Shown here: in pieces, positions 10,997 to 23,400 of the stretch
Position numbering within the stretch: the stretch's first letter is position 1
Layout: every line of letters starts with the position of its first letter
IMG/VR virus record: IMGVR_UViG_3300044712_000786
Coordinates: 32,001-96,000 of that record
Length of the DNA: 64,000 nt
Direction: 5' to 3' (one strand)
Source: a virus
Lineage: Duplodnaviria > Caudoviricetes
The notes under the pieces: generated by a model
What the model saw: only the letters and a program-made list of their open reading frames with translations
The model's database searches: none
Told to the model about the DNA's origin: nothing
Position numbers and translations under genes: made by a program

Positions 10997-12121
10997 ATGG
11001 CAAGAAATCGTGTTATTTACCAGTCTGAAGGCGTGTTCGTTGGTCAAAAGACCCCTTGCACTGGCGACCACTACCCCGCAGATATCAAAGAAATTTATCG
11101 TGTACAAAGCGCGAACTACTCTTTCAACCTTAATAAGCGTGACGTTAACCAGTTTGGTGAACTAGCCGCTATTGATAGAGTCGTTCTCGACCCTCCCACT
11201 GTTTCCCTTGACGCTACTTATTTGCTCGCAAACGCTTATAATGAGAACGCTTTGGGAATGAACGTTGCCGTTGCTGGAACTGCTACTTGGAGCAATGCTC
11301 TAACTGGTATTCTTGGCGGCACCACTGACCAAAAATGTATTTGGGTGAAGACAGTTGCTTATGGCTCCGACCTTCATAACCTTAATACTACTGGCGCTTC
11401 AGTAACTCCTTTCGGCGTTATTGGCTTTGGTAATGGTTATTTAAGCTCATATTCTGTTGATGCTTCGGTTGGTGATTTTCCTCGCGCTAGCGTTCGTTTC
11501 GACGCATCAAACGTTAAGTTCGATAACTTTACTGGCGGTGGATTTACTAACTATGCAACCCAAGCTTTAGTAAGCCCCGCTATTTCGATTACGGACGGCA
11601 CGCTTATTAACTCTAAGTATTGGTTGCCTTCTGGTGTTTCGACTACCGACGCTACGGATAAGACTACTGTGTTACGTCCCGGTGACCTTGTGTTTGATTG
11701 GGCTAGCGCAACTGGCTTCATGGGAGCTAACCTTGCTGACGCTAAAATTCAGAGCTTCTCGATGTCTGCTGACGTTGCTAGAACCCCGCTGAATCGTCTT
11801 GGCACTAAGTTCCCATTCTCATACGAAATTAATTTCCCTATTAATGCTACGTTGAGAGTGTCGGCTAACGTTGGTGATATGAATACTGGCTCGCTTACTG
11901 CCCTAGTTAGCGATACTGGTAGCTTCGACCTGACCGTTAAGATTAATAAGCCGGGTACTACTACCGTTGCTTATGCTGCCGCTCTTAAGGGCGCTCAGCT
12001 TGACTCTCAGGAATATAGCTCGTCCATCGGTGATAACAAATCCGTTAACTGGAGCTTCTCGGTTCCTATCGGTGGCGTTAACGATGTTACTAAGGGCTTG
12101 TTCATCAGTGGTTTGCTGTAA
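10997..12121 (+). CDS. Major tail tube protein
   Basis: beta-rich S/T/G/A composition; precedes chaperones and tape measure; own late motif and terminator. Confidence 0.7.
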   Translation: MARNRVIYQSEGVFVGQKTPCTGDHYPADIKEIYRVQSANYSFNLNKRDVNQFGELAAIDRVVLDPPTVSLDATYLLANAYNENALGMNVAVAGTATWSNALTGILGGTTDQKCIWVKTVAYGSDLHNLNTTGASVTPFGVIGFGNGYLSSYSVDASVGDFPRASVRFDASNVKFDNFTGGGFTNYATQALVSPAISITDGTLINSKYWLPSGVSTTDATDKTTVLRPGDLVFDWASATGFMGANLADAKIQSFSMSADVARTPLNRLGTKFPFSYEINFPINATLRVSANVGDMNTGSLTALVSDTGSFDLTVKINKPGTTTVAYAAALKGAQLDSQEYSSSIGDNKSVNWSFSVPIGGVNDVTKGLFISGLL

Positions 12122-12142
12122 TTAATCTAAGTTAATCAAAAG

Positions 12143-12178
12143 TAAGCTCGATTTTCCAAAATCGGGCTTATTTTTTTC
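12143..12178 (+). terminator. Intrinsic terminator after tail tube gene
   Basis: AAGCTCGATTTT-CC-AAAATCGGGCTT followed by a T run. Confidence 0.7.
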
Positions 12179-12224
12179 CCCTTTATCTAAAACAGTGTAA
12201 ATCTGATTGGTAAAAGGTCTATCT

Positions 12225-12527
12225 ATGGATACGGATGAAACTCGTTTAAAGGAATACGCATTATTCCATATAAATCGAAAAGTTGTTAATCTCTACAAAC
12301 AATTACTATTTGTTTTAGAGGACGTTCGAGACGAAAAGTATAACATACAAGATGATAGAATCTATCAAATTACCAGAAAGCGAATATTAGATTTGGGGAA
12401 TGACACTATTAGAGAAATAGAAGAGCACTTTAAATTTTTAGAGCTAAATGTCAAAAATGAATATAGAGAATGTCATCAGACAAAGATTAAACCTTCAGAG
12501 CACGCAAAGGGCGCTGGAGGAATTTAA
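12225..12527 (+). CDS. Hypothetical protein (tail module)
   Basis: ORF; ATG downstream of a GTGTAAA motif at 12195. Confidence 0.5.
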   Translation: MDTDETRLKEYALFHINRKVVNLYKQLLFVLEDVRDEKYNIQDDRIYQITRKRILDLGNDTIREIEEHFKFLELNVKNEYRECHQTKIKPSEHAKGAGGI

Positions 12528-12672
12528 CGTTTCCCCTAAAATAGACTTTATAAAGTCGAGCACTTTCGCTATAATTTATAGAACATGGACCGTAGAAAAA
12601 CAGAAAAAGTTTTTAATCAAATTGGGCGGTCATGTTAATTTAAAAGAAACGGAATCATTTATAAACAGGTAA
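12448..12672 (+). CDS. Hypothetical protein
   Basis: ORF filling the gap in the tail operon. Confidence 0.4.
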   Translation: MSKMNIENVIRQRLNLQSTQRALEEFNVSPKIDFIKSSTFAIIYRTWTVEKQKKFLIKLGGHVNLKETESFINR

Positions 12673-12677
12673 AAGGC

Positions 12678-13424
12678 ATGAAAAAACTACATGAATTCAC
12701 AGTAAACAAAGAACAAGAAGTTGACGAAGCTATTGTTAGCAAAGACGAAAAGGGTCAGGAAATTACCACTATTACTAAGGTAAAGAAGCCCGTTCCCCAA
12801 AAGTTTTTCCTAGCTAAGCCAACTCGTTCCTTATATGACGAAGCGGACCTATTCTACGCCGTAAAGCTATCTGAAGGCATTAAGGCGGGGCTGCTAACTA
12901 AACCCCTGCTGGCTAAGCGTTATGCTAACGATGGCGGCTCCATGAGCGAACCAGAAAAGCAAACCTACGCTAACTTATATGTTAATCTGTTTGAAAAGCA
13001 GAGCGAATATCAGAAATTTATTTCCGAGAAGCCTGAGACAGAGCGCACGGCAGAAGATAAAGCTAAGATTAGCGAGATTCTTAAGGATTTAACTAATCTT
13101 CGTCAGCAAATTCAAGAATTTGAGCTATCTCAATCTAGTTTGTTCGACCAAACCGCCGAAAGCAGAGCTAGGAATAAGACTATCCTTTGGTGGGTTCTTT
13201 TCCTTTGTCACAAGGTAGAAGGGGATAAAGAGCTTCCCTATTTCGGTGAAGGGGACTATGACTCTAGGCTAGCTAAATATGACGAGATAGAAGAAATAGA
13301 AGACCAGTTCGTTACTGATACTGTGTCCAAGTTCCTTTACTACGTAAGTTTCTGGTATATGGGTAAAGCGTCCAATCCCGAAGATTTTGCCATGTTAGAT
13401 AAGCTCCAAGAAGAAAATAAATAG
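12678..13424 (+). CDS. Putative tail assembly chaperone
   Basis: Helical, acidic; between tube and tape measure. Confidence 0.5.
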   Translation: MKKLHEFTVNKEQEVDEAIVSKDEKGQEITTITKVKKPVPQKFFLAKPTRSLYDEADLFYAVKLSEGIKAGLLTKPLLAKRYANDGGSMSEPEKQTYANLYVNLFEKQSEYQKFISEKPETERTAEDKAKISEILKDLTNLRQQIQEFELSQSSLFDQTAESRARNKTILWWVLFLCHKVEGDKELPYFGEGDYDSRLAKYDEIEEIEDQFVTDTVSKFLYYVSFWYMGKASNPEDFAMLDKLQEENK

Positions 13425-13429
13425 TCCTA

Positions 13430-14434
13430 ATGTTCGATAAGTTTCAAGAAGTTAAATTAAAAATAGCTCTCTTTGAAATTATTCGGGGGTTTACAGTAAT
13501 TGACGTAGGTAGGCATAAGTCTATCTACGTCAAACACTTTACATTCATCGATACTGCCAGTATTGATTTAAAATATGCCGAAGCTTACAAATTCGCTATA
13601 GGTAAAGGCTTGCCCCTTATAGACGAACAGATAAAAACCGCTATTGGCAATAATACATGGACGGAAAAACAGGAAAAAAGATATTCGGAAATTCCCGCCG
13701 AAATCAATACTCTTAAACTAACTAAATCTAAGCTATTTTTAAAAAGGGAACTAGACTCTATTAACTCCGAAATAGAGACGCTGGAAAAAGAGCTTCTTCG
13801 CTTGGAGTATGAGCGTTCTGAGGTAGTAGGTTATACAGCGGAAATATTTGCTACTAAAAAAGCAAATGAACATGCTATTTATTACTCATTCAGGGGTAAG
13901 AACTTAGATACATTTTACTTCTCGGAAGAAGAATACGAAACCTTCTCCAACGAAGAAATTAGCAATCTTATCGTGGGACACGCAGGTTATGTAGCCAAAT
14001 TTACTCCGAAAGAAATGAAGCGTATAGCTATTTCTACGGCTTTCATGAATATGATATATCTAGCTGGAGAAGATATCATGTCATTCTTCGGGAAACCCGT
14101 CTTAGAGCTAACTAATAGACAGATGGAAGTCTATAATTTAGGGCGTTATTTCAAAAATCTAATGGCTGAATATAAGGGAACTATTACGGATGATTTACTA
14201 GCGGACCCAGATAAGTTTATCGAAGCGGCAGAAAATACCAAAACAGCCCAAAATTTCGCAGATAAATTAGATAATAAAGAATCTTCTGGAACAGCTATTG
14301 TAGGCGCTACTAAAGAAGATATCGAAAAACTAGGACTTACTAAAGAAGCTGGAACCATCAGTTTGGCAGACGAAGCCTCTAAAAAGGGCGGCAGCTTGAG
14401 TATGGAAGAGTTAATGAAACTCCACGGATATTAA
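13430..14434 (+). CDS. Putative tail assembly chaperone 2
   Basis: Coiled-coil-like; immediately before tape measure. Confidence 0.45.
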   Translation: MFDKFQEVKLKIALFEIIRGFTVIDVGRHKSIYVKHFTFIDTASIDLKYAEAYKFAIGKGLPLIDEQIKTAIGNNTWTEKQEKRYSEIPAEINTLKLTKSKLFLKRELDSINSEIETLEKELLRLEYERSEVVGYTAEIFATKKANEHAIYYSFRGKNLDTFYFSEEEYETFSNEEISNLIVGHAGYVAKFTPKEMKRIAISTAFMNMIYLAGEDIMSFFGKPVLELTNRQMEVYNLGRYFKNLMAEYKGTITDDLLADPDKFIEAAENTKTAQNFADKLDNKESSGTAIVGATKEDIEKLGLTKEAGTISLADEASKKGGSLSMEELMKLHGY

Positions 14435-14478
14435 TCATTTGCCTTATCCTAAGTGTAATATTAAAAGGATAAAGGCAT

Positions 14479-17400
14479 ATGAACTTAGACGGAAAATTAG
14501 TAATTGGTGCGGACGTAACCCCAGCCCTTAATGAGATAGTAAGGATGGCGGGTAAGCTGCCCCCCTTCAAAATTAGAGTAGACACCCGAAATTTCCCATT
14601 AGGCTCAATGGCGAAATCGGCTGACCAGTTTGCTCAATCCATTCAGGCCGCTAATCAACGTGTGTTAGCTTTCGGAGCTTCGGCGGGAACCATTTACGCA
14701 ATAGAAAAAGCTTTTAGATTCCTAGTATCTTCTACTATCGAAGTAGAAAAGAGACTTACTGAAATCAATGTAATTTTGGGGGCTTCTAGCTCGAACTTAA
14801 AACAATTCAGTAATGAATTATTTAACATTGCCAAAACGACTGGTCAAAGCTTTGATGAAGTATCTAAAGCAGCCCTAGAATTCAGCCGTCAAGGTTTGGG
14901 AGTAACTGAAACTTTAAAAAGAACTCGTGACGCCCTTATCCTGACCCGTCAAACTGGTATTGATGTTGGCGAGGCGGTTAGCGCCATCACCGCTACTTTA
15001 AACAGTTTTACTAAAGCTGCTTATGATTCTACTACGGTAATTAATAAGTTAGCTAAAGTTGACCAAAACTTTGCTGTTAGTGCAGGCGACTTAGTCGAAG
15101 CTATTAAGCGCGTAGGTAGCTCCGCTGAAGACGCGGGAGTTTCCTTGGATGAACTTATCGCTATGGTAACCTCTGCTCAACAGATTACCGCTCGTGGAGG
15201 TTCTGTTATTGGTAACGCCTATAAGACTATCTTTACTAGGTTACAACGTCCTGAAGTATTGAACCAGTTAGAGGAAATTGGTGTAGCCGTTAGAGATAAC
15301 AGTAACGCTATTCTTCCCGCTATTAAAATACTGGAGAACTTCTCTAAGTCCTATGATAACCTTAATCAGTCTCAGAAATCCGCCGCTACTGAATTAGTCG
15401 GTAGCGTTTATCAGATTAACGTTTTAAAAGCTGGATTGAAAGACTTGGGGAGTAGCTATTCTTTCTACGAAAGAGCTTTAAATGACTCCGCTTCCGCTAC
15501 TGATGAAGCTATCCTTCGTAACGAGAAGATGAATAAGTCTATCGCTGCAATGGTGAACTCTACTAAGGAAAGTTGGAAACAACTTTCTGCTGATATTGGC
15601 GAGCAAGCTATTGGCCCAGCTATTAAAAGGGCTTTGGGGGCTTTTGATTTTGCTGCTGGTGGATTAAGCGAACTCTTTTCCAAAAACAAGGGCTCTGGAG
15701 AACAATCAGTTAATATTGGTAAAGACATCGGTCAAGGAATTCTAAAGGGACTTTCTCAATTTATAGAAGGACCGGGATTAGCTTTGGTTGGCTTAGTAAT
15801 GTTTCGCTTCGCTAAAACATTTACTAAATTTGCGATTGATTCTGCTAAAGTAGTTGGCGAACTTAATAAAAATATAGAAAATCGGGCTATCTTGGAAAGC
15901 GAAATTGCGACTGTTTTAGCTCAACAACCTAAAATCTACGAAAGACTTCTAAGCGGAGAGATTACCCGAGAACAAGCGGAAAGGGAAGTTCTTACTATTA
16001 TTAGAAATCAAAATGCCGCCTTAGATATCCAAAAGGGTATTATTACTAGCATGGGAACTTCTATTTCTACTCGTGGAGCAGCGGCAGTTACAAGAGATAA
16101 AAAGGTTGTTGTGGCTGCTTCTAGAGGATACATCCCAAACTTCGCAAACCCCGTTCTTACTGAAAGGGCGGGGGCTTACAAAGCTGGTTACGTGCCGGGA
16201 AAAGTTAAACTTTTCGAAAATAAAGTCATTAATGATGCGGAAAGAGTTATTCCTCCTTCTAATCTAAAAAATCTGGGCTCGACAGCTAATACTTCTGCCA
16301 TCGTCCCTCCTTTAGCTAGCCCCGCTGGACAGGTTTATAAAGCTGCTTTTAAGACTATGTCGGGAGTAGATTTAGCTACTGGACAAAAGGGTTTCATGTA
16401 TGGAAGAAATTACTTTCAACGCGAATGGATTAAAAGCACGGCTAAAAATAGAAAGCTGAGCGTTAATGACCCCGATGTTATTATGACTTTGGGGAAGGAA
16501 TTCGCGAATAAATATGGAACTAAACAGGGGTTCCTTGCTGTAAATAAAGGTTTTGTACCTAATTTCGCGCAGTACCAGTATCCTACCATTGCTGCTATAA
16601 GGAAGCAGCGTCCTCAATTAGGGGATATCTTGAAAAATGCTCCTACAGTTTGGGGGCAGGCTACTGGACAGAGATTCCTTAATCATGATTTGACAGGCGA
16701 TAAAATCCCCATCAGCTATAGAGATAATATTAACTTAGGGGATATGATGAATAACATCCTAGCGAAAGGTAAATTCAGGGCTAGTGAGGGATTCGTTCCT
16801 AGTTTCGCTTCCTTTAAAGAATATAAGGGTATCGGTCTAACCGCCAGAGTCCCCGATAGCGAAATCCTTGACCCCGAAGCTGCTTCAAAATTTGCTCAAA
16901 AACTTTCCTTAGATGGAAACGTATCTACTTTGCTGAAAGTTATTCGTAAAGTTGCACCTAAAAGCCCCGCGCTCGAAGATAATTCTTTGAAATTTGAAGT
17001 AAACTCGGGACTTAGATTTGGTAACGATTTTAAAGCTAGTGGCTTATATCAGTCTGATAATGATACAATATCTATATCCTCTTCTGCTAGAAGCCAGACC
17101 CTAGCTCATGAAATGGGGCATATGGTAGATATATCTTCATTCAGTGATTTTTATAAACAGTCGGGTTTTTCAAGAAAAAAACTTATCAACGCATTAAGAA
17201 GGGACCAAATAAAGTTTAAATCTCGACCTTATTTAATGACTGGAGCTTTTGACGGAGACATGGTTAGAGACATGCTAATGATGTATAGAAGCCCAGATAA
17301 AAGAAATAAGGAAGCTATTGCTGATATTTTTGCGGATTCTGGAAGGATATTCAATCCCAAAATGGAGGATTATAGTCATAAAAAGTATCTAACTACTGGT

Positions 17401-20400
17401 GAAGCGCCGAAAATGATTCGCAAAGGGATTAAGAAAATATTAGGATTAAAATCTAGCGGATTTATTCCTAACTTTGGACCCATCAAAGACCCCTATAAGG
17501 TAAATCCTATTTATCATGTACTAGAGACGATTAGAAAATCAAGTGGCAGCGATTATCAAAATAATTGGGGTGAGCCCATAAACTACGATGAGAGACAAGA
17601 AGAGAATAAAAGACTAATAGCTTCTGTAAAATCTATCGGTTTTGCAGGCTACGGAATCAAAAGTGATAATAAAGATTACCAAATTGGTTCTATGTTTGCC
17701 CCTTATGCTATAACTACTGGATATGAAGAAAAGGAGGTGGCTAAATACATCCCCATGGATAAACTGAAGGCGGCTGGGCTATCCGAAAGACGTATTTATA
17801 AAATGCTCTTTAAAGGAGATAGACTGAGTTCTCGTTTCCAGCAGTATAACGACCCCTTTTCTATCGAATCCTCTCAGGCAAAAATACGCAGAGCCAAAGA
17901 GGGTATCGCCGTTAAAAAAGCCTCTGGAAATACTATAAACCTAAATGCTGCAACATATCTAGCTAGCCGAATGAAGGAAAATAGTCAAGATAAGTGGGCT
18001 CAGCAAAACGCTATTAGCGAAGCTCTTAACACTATAGTTCCTTATCCAGAGCTACAATCTGAGAAACAGGAAGGAAAGGTAGTTAAACAATATCTTAGTT
18101 CAGGCGACAATAAATATAAGCGCGGTTCCCTTAAGGAAACCAAAGAAAAGCTTATGCAATATTTTGGAATCAAAGTAAACAAAACAGACGCCGCAGGAAT
18201 GTTATCTGAGAAACGTCTACTAAGAAGTTTAGGTTTGGCTTCTCGTGGAAGCCCAACTTTAGCAGAGGACAGGGGGCTAGAGCTTAATGACTATAAAAAT
18301 AATCAACAAAGACGTATAACGGTCTCTTCTAAAATAGGTCAATATAGAAAAGAGTTAGAAATAGCTTCTTTAGTTGATAATCCTATATCTCCCGCGATGT
18401 CTTTAGATGACTATAGGCGTTATATTTTAACGCACGGCGCTACTCCAACTACCCCATTTTCGAGGGTAATTACTCAGTTACAAAGGGCGTCTGCTAAGGA
18501 GGACAAGGGGGATAGAAAAACTAATCTAGAATATGCATTACGAAGTATAGCGGGGGGAAGTGTATCATCCACTGCCACAATTAGAAATTTGCCGCGCCTA
18601 AATAAAATATTTCCAGAATTGAAATTGACAAATAAAGAAATTATTAGAGCTTTCAAAAATTCCACTTATGGAAAAATATTCCGACCCGCAGAACAAAAAC
18701 CGTCTATTTTAGGTCAAACGATGGAGTCCCTTAAGGCATTTAAAGGCTTTAGGTCAACTCAAGCAAAGGCTAGATTAGGTAGAGGGGAAGTAAAAGGCGT
18801 TACTCAAGATATGTTCAATTCGGATATAACCCCTTATGCATCATTCTCTATTATTCAAAGGGAAACCCCTAAAAATATACAAGATATCTTATTTAATCTA
18901 GAAAAATCATTTGCCGACAGAGTCAGTCAATCCAAGCTGCTATTTAGAGGCTCTAGTATAATTGAGCCAATGCTAGTTAATCTATTAGGTTCATTTACTT
19001 CTCTAGGAGGTAGGACAGACGAAAAAAGAATAAGGTCTTATCTTACTTCTTCTATTGTAAAATCCGCTAGTTACGGACTTAGCTCTCCGATAGGGGATAA
19101 AAAAGGCGTAGTAAGCATTTATTCTCGACCAATATTGGAAAATTTAGGACTGCTTCAATCTGGTTTAGTTCCTAGTAATGAACAAGCTAATTCTGTTGTT
19201 GCAGAAAGGCTACATAGAAAAGCTTTAATGGGGGTATTAAATCTAGAGAATGGCAGACTGCTTAAGCCAAAAGACTTCATGTCTTCAGTAAGAGATATAG
19301 AAATACCAGAAGAACTGATTCAATTTAATAGGGGACTAAACGAGTTAGCTTCTGGCTCTATTATAAATCGAGCAAGTCCTAAAATAACCTCCACTCCGAT
19401 GGGCGGGGTTATGAACCTATATCGAAAAGTAGAAACAAGTGGAATGACGCCAAGACAAAAAGATTTTAGAGGGCCTAAAACACCGCTGCCTTTCGAAGAT
19501 ATAAAGGGCTGGGATAGCGAGCGAATGGTTAAATACCTACGAAGTTCTCTAGGTGATACTGAAAGGGGAGTAGCTCCATTTGGTTCAGAACATTCTTCTT
19601 ATTTCGATTTAAGATACATGTCTTTTACTGATAGGAAGATGAGAAAAGATATTGCAGAAGGTAGAGTTAGTCTTCAAGATTACTCTTCTATTATTTTCCA
19701 AAGAAAAGTTCCCGTTCAGGAACTTGTAACCCCAGAAAACTTGGGCGATATAATGACTTCTGGGGAAGCTACTAAAAAGAAAATATTTGATAGGGGCGTG
19801 TTTTTTGACCTTCCTCGGTTTAGAGATAAGTTCGGAATTAGTGAACATACTTCAGAACGCGAATATCCATTTTTAACAACTGCTCCCGCTGGAAAAGTAT
19901 CTAACTTCGGTAAAATTTTCGGGCTTTCGAGAAGTAAGGGATATGTTCCTAATTTTGCCTATATTCCCGGCATAAGTCAATTAGCTGGAAGACTACTTAC
20001 TAATATAACTCATACCGAAAGCTATGGGTTAAAAGAAAGAATGGATTCCATCAAACAATTAAAACTTAAAGACTATATTGGGGCTCTGGTAAAAGATATA
20101 CCTACCCCCGCTGCATCCCCTAAAGGAGAGGTATGGAATACTTACGATAGGGATATCCTATTCCGTTCGGTCTTTAAATTGCCACATAGAGTTCTAATGC
20201 CCGAAAATCAAGACTTTCTTAAGTCTAGAAAATTAGTTAAAACTTCTGATAGTACATATAGGTTGACTAACAAAGGACGCATACTAAGTAATGCTTTACA
20301 AAGTCTATCTCAAGGCAAGTATGCTCCACAACCTAATAACCCCAACGAGCTTTATATTCTAGGCCAAAATAAAACTATGGGGGGTTTTGACTTTACGATT

Positions 20401-23400
20401 AACAAAGACCAAAATAAGGTCGGCTATCATGACCTTTGGGATTTCGCCAAAAACCCTTGGGAAAAATTCGATTTCAAAGGCGCGCTAAGTTTTGCTGGCC
20501 AATATGCTAAAAGCGTAGTTAAGAATCGTTCTTTTGGAATGACTGACGAATTAAGGTCTCACCCCTTTGTAGCGGAAGATAACTCGATGTATCGCCAAAG
20601 CCCAGCTTCTATGTTGGCTAGAATGGCAATTAGTCCGTTTGCTAGACCTGTTCGAGTTCAAGACTCTTTCTCCCCTCTAAGTAAAGAGAAAGTAGAAAGA
20701 CTGCAAAAACTCAAGTCCTCTTCTTCATATGGAAGCAAGAGACATAAAGTTTATAATCAAGCTCTAACAGATGATAGCCTAGTAAAGCAACTGCTAGAAC
20801 TAGCAAAAAATCCCCCTCCTTCTGTAGGCATAATGAATAAAGGCTTTGTTCCTAATTTCGTTCTACCCAACAAGGGTTTCTTGGGCTCTCCATTCCCGTT
20901 TGAAGACTTCAGAAAGCTTAAAACGCTTGAAGAGCAATATAAGTTCATTAAAAGCGAGTTTCCTAAAGTGGGGCTAGCTAACCATCCTATTGGCGAGGGC
21001 TCTTCTCGCGCCGTTTATGGTATCGGCGGTAATATGGTATTAAAAATGGTTAAAGATACCAAGCATATTATCGATGGATATAAAAGCCACCCTCTAAACG
21101 AAGCTATTAGACAGAAAGTTTTACTAAAAGGATTTGCTCAAAATCAAACAGAGGGAAGTCAAATGTTTGCTGGCTTCCGAGACATTGTTCCTTATAACTA
21201 TGAAGTAGACGATAGATTCAAATACATCATAGCCGAAAGAGCAGCGGCAATGACCCAAGCAAATGCGGTTAAATTCGGTTATCCATCTGTTTCCGATGCT
21301 CTATATGAGCCCCGCTTCCGTAGGAGACTTACTTCTCTTTATAAAACGGGAGTAATTCCAGATGAAGGTTCTAAAAACTTTGGATTTATAAGGAGAGGGG
21401 GAGAAAATAGACCCGCGTTAATCGACTATGGATTAGACACTCAAACAGCTAAAAATCTATATGGTTTTACTGGGCAGGATTTTATTTCTAAGGGTTTAAT
21501 CCCGAATTTTGCTATAGAGTTTAAGGATAGAAAGCGCATCTATAAGACAGGCTTTGGTGGAGATACAGAGTTTCTAGAAAAGGTTCTATCTAAAATTAGC
21601 CCCGATACATCCTTACTGCAAGCTACTATTCATGGTAGTAGAGACGAATTATTGCAGCGAGTTACCCCAGCGGAATTAGAAGAAATTCTCGCGCTTAAGA
21701 ATATACCTATTAATAAAGACACTATTGCTCATATTAATATAGTAAAAACCCGTTTCGGTAATCTTCCTCATACCTTTGGTATTCAGCAGAAACTTTCTGG
21801 AAGCACGGCCCCCCTTGTGGTTGTTCCTTCGTTCCCAGACCCAGTAATTAACGCTGAAACTGGATTAGGCACTAAAGAAGGTAGGGGAACACTTATTAAT
21901 ACTATCCTAACGAGAAATCCTCGCGGAGAAGGAATAGTTCGCCCATCAGTAGATAGATTTGGACAGATAATGAAGATTCTCCAAGATAAATGGGGTAATA
22001 CTACAGAAGTTATTGGACTAGAAAGAGCTAGGCAGATGTTCGGCCTAAACGCAAAAAGGAAGGCTAGTGGATTCATTCCTAACTTTGCTGACCCGCTTAA
22101 ACTTGCTATAGCTCGCGAAATAGCCGCTGGTGTTCCAGCTAGCTTAATTAAAGTAGAAAATCACGCAAGTCTTAAGAGCGCAAATAATCCATTGGGATTA
22201 GCGGTTACCAATAAAAGAGACGAGCCCAACGGAGTATCCCAAGGTATTTCCCGCGCTATACGCGAGGGAGCTAACCCTAAAACTTATGGTAGCGGTAGGG
22301 TTCCCAACTTTGCTGACCAACCCCGAATTCTAACTGGCTTAAAGGGAATTTTACAGTCTAATCCCGCAACCGATGCTAACTTCAATCAGGGAGTTAGAGA
22401 CGAAATACTAGAAAAAGCTAAGACCCTAGTATTAAAAATGAAAGATAGTCAGGTTCCTATTGGGGAACTCGGGGTTCAAGCAGATAAGGCAGTTAAACAG
22501 TTTACCAAAATGGTAGCTGGTTTGACTAAGTCTCAGGAAATGATTGACTCATTTTCTAAGTCAATTAGTTATTGGAAGAGAGAAAATCAGAAGAACCGCC
22601 CTTCTACTCCGCTGAAGAATCAAGCGGATATTGGGGCTGGATTAGCTGCCCAAAATGCTTTAGAAGCCGAACTTCAAGCAAAAAGACAAGCTCAAGAAGA
22701 AAGAACTCAAAAGAGAAGATTAGATGCTCAAAGTTTCAAAGAAAAGACAATTACATCTACAGTAGGGCGCATTAATCAAGGCGAATTTATTCCTAATATA
22801 AGAAAGCCTATTTTGGCAGATGAAAGAGTAAGCGGAGCCCTGAAAAATCAAGCGATTTCCGTTGTCTCTGATGGAGGATTTGTATTAAGTGGGGATAGGA
22901 AGAAATACTATGACTGGTTAGCGAAGAACGATAAACAAGCCTTCAGGGGCGCTAAACAAATGAGAAACGCTAATCTCCAAAACAGAGCCTTTGGAGTAAG
23001 TTTCGGGGCTTCTATGGTTGGTGGACTAGCTAGCCAATTTATTGGTGACGCTACTCAAGAAAGAAGAGGATATAGTAAAGCTGTCGAAGGTGGGGCTAAC
23101 ACTCTAGCTATGGGAGCATTAGGCTTTCAGGTAGCTGGGCCAGCAGGAGCATTAGCTTTGGGTGCTGTATCGGGATGGGGTGCTGTTACGGATACTATTA
23201 AAGCCTTTAATGACACTCTTCCTGATTTACAAAAGAATCTGGAAGCTGTAACCGAAAGGTCTACAAGGACTTCAGACGCATTTAGTAAGTTCATACAGAC
23301 TAGCGAACAAATCAATAGTATTTTACTAAGTCCTAAACCGGGAGCAGCTAGAGAGTTACAACGCTTACGCACTCAACAATCTTCGGCGCTCGCAGATATT

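Noticed and set aside
12678-14434. Programmed -1 frameshift joining the two tail chaperone genes (lambda G/GT type)
   Set aside because: No XXXYYYZ slippery site near the first stop; the second gene has its own ATG 5 nt downstream.
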